A stretch of DNA of 55,231 nucleotides, the filler included, from Syncephalis fuscata S228 (taxonomy: Eukaryota > Fungi > Zoopagomycota), in assembly GCA_025786725.1 (NCBI GenBank). It is 3 parts of 3 records of this genome, joined end to end, with 100 filler letters (N's around TTAATTAATTAA, not from the genome) between each part and the next. Parts side by side here need not be neighbours in the genome. Positions count along the whole stretch, not along the records: positions 43,015 to 55,231 come from JAHLTZ010000273.1; 2 more parts are not named here. The stretch is one strand, 5' to 3'. Shown piece after piece: positions 52,731 to 55,231 of this stretch. The notes under the pieces were generated by a model that was not told where the DNA came from, made no database searches, and was given only the letters and a program-made list of their open reading frames with translations. Positions within the stretch are counted from its first letter, which is position 1. Each line of letters starts with the position of its first letter. The translations under genes and the position numbers were made by a program.

Positions 52731-55231
52731 ATGTGGCAGCCTGTCGAGCCATCTTCCACACAGGCCAATAGCGAAACAAAAACACTAGCGAAAGAGATTG
52801 TAGGCGCTGAAACAGACACACAAGCACTGAATGAGGCAGCCTTATTGCTGGAGGAGAGGAAAATCGATTCAGATGCCATAGCCATCGAACAATCAAAGGA
52901 ACCAACTAGCACGATTCACTCACCCAGAAGCAGCGAAAAGAATCAAACACCAAGAACCGCGGTGCGTATTCATAGACGATCGGAACCAGGAAGTCCAGGA
53001 TCAAACCAGAGCAATGTAGACGCGTCGCCATTGCAGCTACGCAGCAAAATACCGTCCGTTGCTGTTTTATCACCTTTATCGTCGCATGCCAATTCGTTTG
53101 ATAAAACCGATATACAAGCAAATACTACTACGTCAAAACGGGAGCTAGAAAATAGCGATATGCTTGAAATGACTGCAGAACTACTAGTTGATAGCAGTAA
53201 AAGTCCAGTAATGCATAATAATGTGCCTGATTTGCACCTACCAAGTACAGTTGATCTAGATGATACCAATAACCTTGAAACTACTGGTAAGTAATATAAG
53301 TTAATTACAATGATAATACTTAAATTAGCCTAATTGTATTGACATTAGCATTGGATAAGGAAGCTGCTGATACTGGTGACATGCCTACTGCCAATGAGCT
53401 GGTCCACCATTTACAATGGCCACAGCGTCATCTTTTTACCTTGATGGAAGAACGTTCAAAAGATTTATCTAGCGTATGTTTAGAGCCGGCCCACGAACAA
53501 GATGCAGAACCATCCAATGATGCGGACCACCCATCGAGTAATTTAATTGATGAACAGTTGCCACCTTCTACTGTAGTAGCTATGGATCGTTACTTAACCA
53601 AATCCGAGGCCAATTCATTTGTTGGTTCCGAACCATCTGTACTTGTTGAGGAGTCAACGACAAGTGTCATTGTTGAAGAGTCTATCAGTCAATTTGGTTT
53701 GCTTAACAATTTCAATAATCAAGTATATAATGATACCATTTCTGTTGAAAGTTCTCCAGATGTTAGATTAACAAGAAACGATGCAACAACACGCGATAAA
53801 CCACACTATCTTGAATTGCATACAACGCCAATACGCCAGCAGAATAATCAACGTGAAGCATCTTATATGTCGTTGCCACTACCACACTGGGACACGTCTC
53901 CTTTACACGAAGCATCGGATAGCATACTTACTGGCTCACCTGCTCCACGTTTTGTATTAAAAAGAGGTACATCAGTAGAACATGAAGTAAATGATAGCAT
54001 TAGTATTGGAGAGATTATTTCTCATGAACCAACGTCAATGACTATGCTAGACAATAATATTACGGCAAAAAGTATTGTTAATCAGTCTTTAAAAGCAACT
54101 GAACCGACAACAACAAGTCAGATAGCAGATGAGCCAACGAATCTACCAACCAACACTAAAGCGACTACTTCTAAAGCTAGGGAAACAAATGATCAGAATT
54201 TAATTAGTGTTAGCGCACAATATTCACCACAAGGTCTTGCCGCCTTTCTACTGCCACCAAGACAGTCTAGCGATATAGTGACAACATCAACAGACGTAGA
54301 TGACATCAATGTACCAGAACGGCCCAGCACAGTCACTTCAGGAGCACCTACGTCTGCAGTACGTACACCAGCTCGTCGGCCACTTTCTATGCCGGCATGG
54401 CAACCAGCATCAATAGTGTCGACATCGTCCGAACGATCAACTAAAAAAGAAATAGCTAGTAATGTGTCGAATGTCACAGATAATTGTATTGGAACAACAC
54501 CCTTGAGTAAACGGGGCAGTCCAGTCATTGATAATATCCGTAAGTCAGAGGATTTGTTTATTAACAACGATGCTCAGTTGGGTGGATCTAAATCTGATCC
54601 AACAACGGTATCAACAACTGCATATGCTGCAAAACAACAAGACAGTCCATTAATGCGTACGCCATTGACATCGCCGCGTAAATCGTCGCGACCAACATCG
54701 TTAATTAATTATAGTACGGGATCTCCATTATCAACTGGACTAGCAGAGGCACGTCTAGTAGGAATGTCTGACAGAAAGCAGCATTTGGCCCAGTTAACAC
54801 GTAGAGCAAGTGCACTTACAGCACGGCAGTCTACTGGTAGGTAGTTATTGACAGTGATAGACAGCCAACTAAATAGCGCTATTTAATTAGCATCACAAGG
54901 ATTGTTTATTAATTGGAAGAGAATTCAACCGCATCAATAAATAAATCGGATCGTAGTAAGGCAGCAGAAGACAAGCCAATGTCAAAAGGTCAGAAAATAT
55001 CCTGTATAGATAGAAGACTGAAAACACCATCACCTGTAACCACTGGAGGTCCACCGGCAACTACAAATTGCACTATGGGATCAGATGCGATATTGGCATC
55101 CATACCGGCAATGTCATTGGACGAGTATTCGCCTCGATCAATAGCAGCATCGACACATTTTGCTGGAGAAAATACGGCAGATCAAACGGATACAACTACG
55201 CCTAGCGTATGGCCTTTAAAACACTACCGAC
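52731..55231 (+). CDS. Long Ser/Thr/Pro/Glu-rich, probably disordered protein; multi-exon, 3'-partial
   Basis: ORFs 52731-53286 and 53349-54835 are joined by a GT-AG intron. A further open frame runs from ~54913 to the window end. No recognisable domain. Confidence 0.75.

Overview
Eukaryotic, AT-rich fungal genomic DNA with very short GT-AG introns (mostly about 45-65 nt). The gene content suggests an early-diverging (zygomycete-type) parasitic fungus such as Syncephalis; that assignment is inference. Two 100-nt N/TTAATTAATTAA/N spacers (27796-27895, 42915-43014) split the window into three pieces whose adjacency is not shown by sequence. In order, the window holds: an intronless secreted cluster (three tandem S1 proteases, a small Cys-rich protein, an AA11-type LPMO); a 5S rRNA gene 6 nt upstream of tRNA-Gly(GCC) with no Pol III terminator between them; a compact housekeeping block (GLE1, NDUFA6, a twin-CX9C protein, SDS22, PAM17); a non-coding zone with large foldback palindromes built from a ~333-bp unit; a CAP protein, an F-box protein and a non-specific phospholipase C; tRNA-Thr(AGT); three copies of a ~1-kb dispersed repeat; PMC1, PAB1 and NHA1; a ~1,700-aa secreted Pro-rich protein; and a partial Ser/Thr-rich gene. 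The strongest candidates for something new are the 5S->tRNA dicistron and the foldback element family. Five genes' worth of -1 frameshifts at homopolymers (five sites in four genes) are probably sequencing errors.
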